NCBI GenBank assembly: GCA_021734685.1
Contig: JAIPIL010000003.1
Span: forward strand, 1 to 35,685
From: Minisyncoccota bacterium
Lineage (GTDB): Bacteria; Patescibacteriota; Minisyncoccia; Minisyncoccales; PWPS01
Reading direction: 5' to 3'
DNA: 35,685 nucleotides
Positions within the stretch are counted from its first letter, which is position 1, and each line of letters begins with the position of its first letter. Positions 33,871-35,685 of the stretch are shown piece after piece. A program made the translations under genes and the position numbers. A model generated the notes under the pieces. The model was not told where the DNA came from and made no database searches. It was given only the letters and a program-made list of their open reading frames with translations.

Positions 33871-35211
33871 TTATATTTTTCTTTCCGGAAAAGGATTTTT
33901 TTCTACTGCTTTCATATCTCGGCCACAGTATCTCCCTCCTTCTCCACACTTTCCAGTTAAAACGCAGTTTGGCGCCATTGCTCTTGCAAGAGGATGATCT
34001 TGAAGTTGCTCCTGTAAAGAGCGAGCCACTTCATATATCTCTTCTTGGGCACACCAGCATAGTCTTTTTGAAAGCTCGTGAACCACTGCGTTGTATGACC
34101 CTTTCTTGTGATACTTGACCATCGCTCCGTAGGGGGCAAGAACAAGCATCAAGCTTTCTGGAAGTTCATCTCGGAGAGAGAGCCAGCTGTTAAAAACATC
34201 TTCTGCCTCGCTCTCTAATCCCAAGCCATCAAGAACTGGTGGAAAGTAGAACTTTCCGTTAAAAGAGGGCCTACTTCTTCTCACTGTCCGGTGTCTCTGG
34301 TCTTGTCCCATTGTTGCAATGGAAATTTCTATCTCTGTTTCAATATCCAGAACATTGTTATCCATTAAGTGAGGAGAAAAGTGAGCAAGATCAACGGGAT
34401 GCATCTCTTCTGATTTTGGTAAGATGAAGTCTTCAACTCCTTCCTTGTTTATCAGTTTCGTTTTTGGTTTTTTTGCAATTCCGCTAAAACCATCGCACCA
34501 ACCAACAGCACTTATCAATTCGGCATGCTCTCTTCTTTGAAACGCAAACTCAAGCTCTGGCCACTTTTCCAAAACAATATCCACCATCTTTTGAGTAACA
34601 TCGATCATTCCCGGAGACCAAGCGGAGCGGTACATCCCTGCCAAAGCAGAAATATTAACCGTGTACTCTAACGCCGTTGGAAATACAACTGGGATAAACA
34701 TTCGTAACTGCTCTTGTGCAATCTTCGGAGCATTTTTCTCAATGTAAGAAGCTGAGGCGTTTGGTCTTTCTTCTTTGATCAACCGTTCAACTTCTTTCAC
34801 TGCTCTGTTAATGTTTGATTGGTAAACAGTTATCGCCTTCTGGATGTAGTTCAGAACAAGCTCCCTGTTTTTCACTTCCGGCCAGTAGTGCTTAATATAT
34901 CCTTCAATCATATCAAAATCAGGATTATTAAACATCTTTCCACAAAAACGACCCGAGCGTTGGCTGGTATTGTAGAAAGGGCTTGCCAGATGTAACCCAA
35001 ATGTAACATCACCAATCGCAATATCTTCTATCAAAAATGTGCAGTAGAAGTGTTGAAAAGTTGTGTGATGTCCTGTTCCCCAAAGGTTGTTTTCAATATC
35101 AATTGTTTTGCCCCACTCTGGAGCAGTGTCTTGATAGCAAACCTTTGCTGCATGGGAAATTGACTCTAATGGATTCTTTGTTGGCCAGTTTATTAAACTT
35201 GCTTTAATCAT
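33871..35211 (-). CDS. thyX: FAD-dependent thymidylate synthase, tandem two-domain form
   Basis: N-terminal AA..CY...GHHTTFQH and SQRSGRF; second domain QDQRHR and KRLC..AQEEI; C-terminal PNC...C.EG..YCG; next to tmk; SD AAAGGAGG. Confidence 0.8.
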   Translation of the reverse strand: MIKASLINWPTKNPLESISHAAKVCYQDTAPEWGKTIDIENNLWGTGHHTTFQHFYCTFLIEDIAIGDVTFGLHLASPFYNTSQRSGRFCGKMFNNPDFDMIEGYIKHYWPEVKNRELVLNYIQKAITVYQSNINRAVKEVERLIKEERPNASASYIEKNAPKIAQEQLRMFIPVVFPTALEYTVNISALAGMYRSAWSPGMIDVTQKMVDIVLEKWPELEFAFQRREHAELISAVGWCDGFSGIAKKPKTKLINKEGVEDFILPKSEEMHPVDLAHFSPHLMDNNVLDIETEIEISIATMGQDQRHRTVRRSRPSFNGKFYFPPVLDGLGLESEAEDVFNSWLSLRDELPESLMLVLAPYGAMVKYHKKGSYNAVVHELSKRLCWCAQEEIYEVARSLQEQLQDHPLARAMAPNCVLTGKCGEGGRYCGRDMKAVEKNPFPERKI

Positions 35212-35257
35212 AGTTTCCTCCTTTAACCTTTAATAATAAAGAATCTCCCCCCTTATC

Positions 35258-35685
35258 CTATAACCCTAAAACCTTTTTAACTTTGTTATGTATCTCTTCT
35301 CGTGATAAAAGCTTTCCTTCTTTGTCAAGACACTCAACAGCAATAAACTCCTCTGGATACTCTTTTGCCATCTCTAAATAAACACTTAAACTATCGGCAA
35401 GATGTTTTTTATCTTCCTCATGAATGTCTCTTTTTTTATCTCCTAAATAAAGGTGTTTTTTCGCTTTCTTCTCTTTGTCAGTAATTTTTGAAGAAAGCTC
35501 GTATGAAAAAGCTGTTGATGTTTTAAGAATAACCGTAACATCCGGCTTTGGTATTTCAAATATTTTATACTCCAAATTATACAGCCACTTGATATACTCT
35601 TTTCTTTCCTTCTTGTCTTTTATCTTTCCTCCTTGATGAGCAACATTAGAAGAAACATATCTATCAGAAACAACCACAAATCCTT
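35258..35685 (-). CDS. tmk: Thymidylate kinase (5' end outside the window)
   Basis: VVSDRYVSSNVAHQG, E......PKPD, DIHE; the frame is open to the window edge. Confidence 0.88.
   Translation of the reverse strand, partial: GFVVVSDRYVSSNVAHQGGKIKDKKERKEYIKWLYNLEYKIFEIPKPDVTVILKTSTAFSYELSSKITDKEKKAKKHLYLGDKKRDIHEEDKKHLADSLSVYLEMAKEYPEEFIAVECLDKEGKLLSREEIHNKVKKVLGL

Noticed and set aside
1-35685. Alternative genetic code (UGA=Gly, as in Gracilibacteria/Absconditabacteria)
   Set aside because: Conserved genes are full length in code 11, and TGA ends genes at expected positions (e.g. rnc, and the prenyltransferase ATGA overlap).

Overview
Gene-dense, AT-rich bacterial chromosome segment in standard code 11. 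The gene set points to Patescibacteria/CPR (Parcubacteria-like; inference): alpha2-type GlyRS, ValRS without the C-terminal coiled coil, ThrRS without the TGS domain, rpsP-khpA-trmD without rimM, and few Shine-Dalgarno sites. Most genes are housekeeping (glyS, valS, idi, prenyltransferase, P-type ATPase, trmD, khpA, rpsP, rnc, nusB, rpmF, rnhB, dnaE, thrS, miaB, miaA, gatB, deoC, thyX, tmk). Highlights: (1) an AT-rich island at the left end encoding a divergent TrpD-fold phosphoribosyltransferase, an aldo-keto reductase and a nucleotidyltransferase, headed by an unannotated, apparently internally deleted trpS remnant; (2) a transcriptional glycine T-box riboswitch with a compact, non-canonical 5' domain; (3) a 375-aa DnaE intein carrying a Zn-finger/NUMOD3-like/PD-(D/E)xK nuclease rather than a LAGLIDADG domain; (4) a tandem ThyX whose two halves keep complementary parts of the signature motif; (5) hairpins with a GT-N3-AC core near accessory-gene boundaries, and a repeat mosaic between dnaE and thrS; (6) an MNT-HEPN toxin-antitoxin pair, a serpin and a degenerate Mur-ligase paralog. 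No tRNA, rRNA, CRISPR array or transposase was seen. All calls come from reading motifs by eye; no database searches were run.
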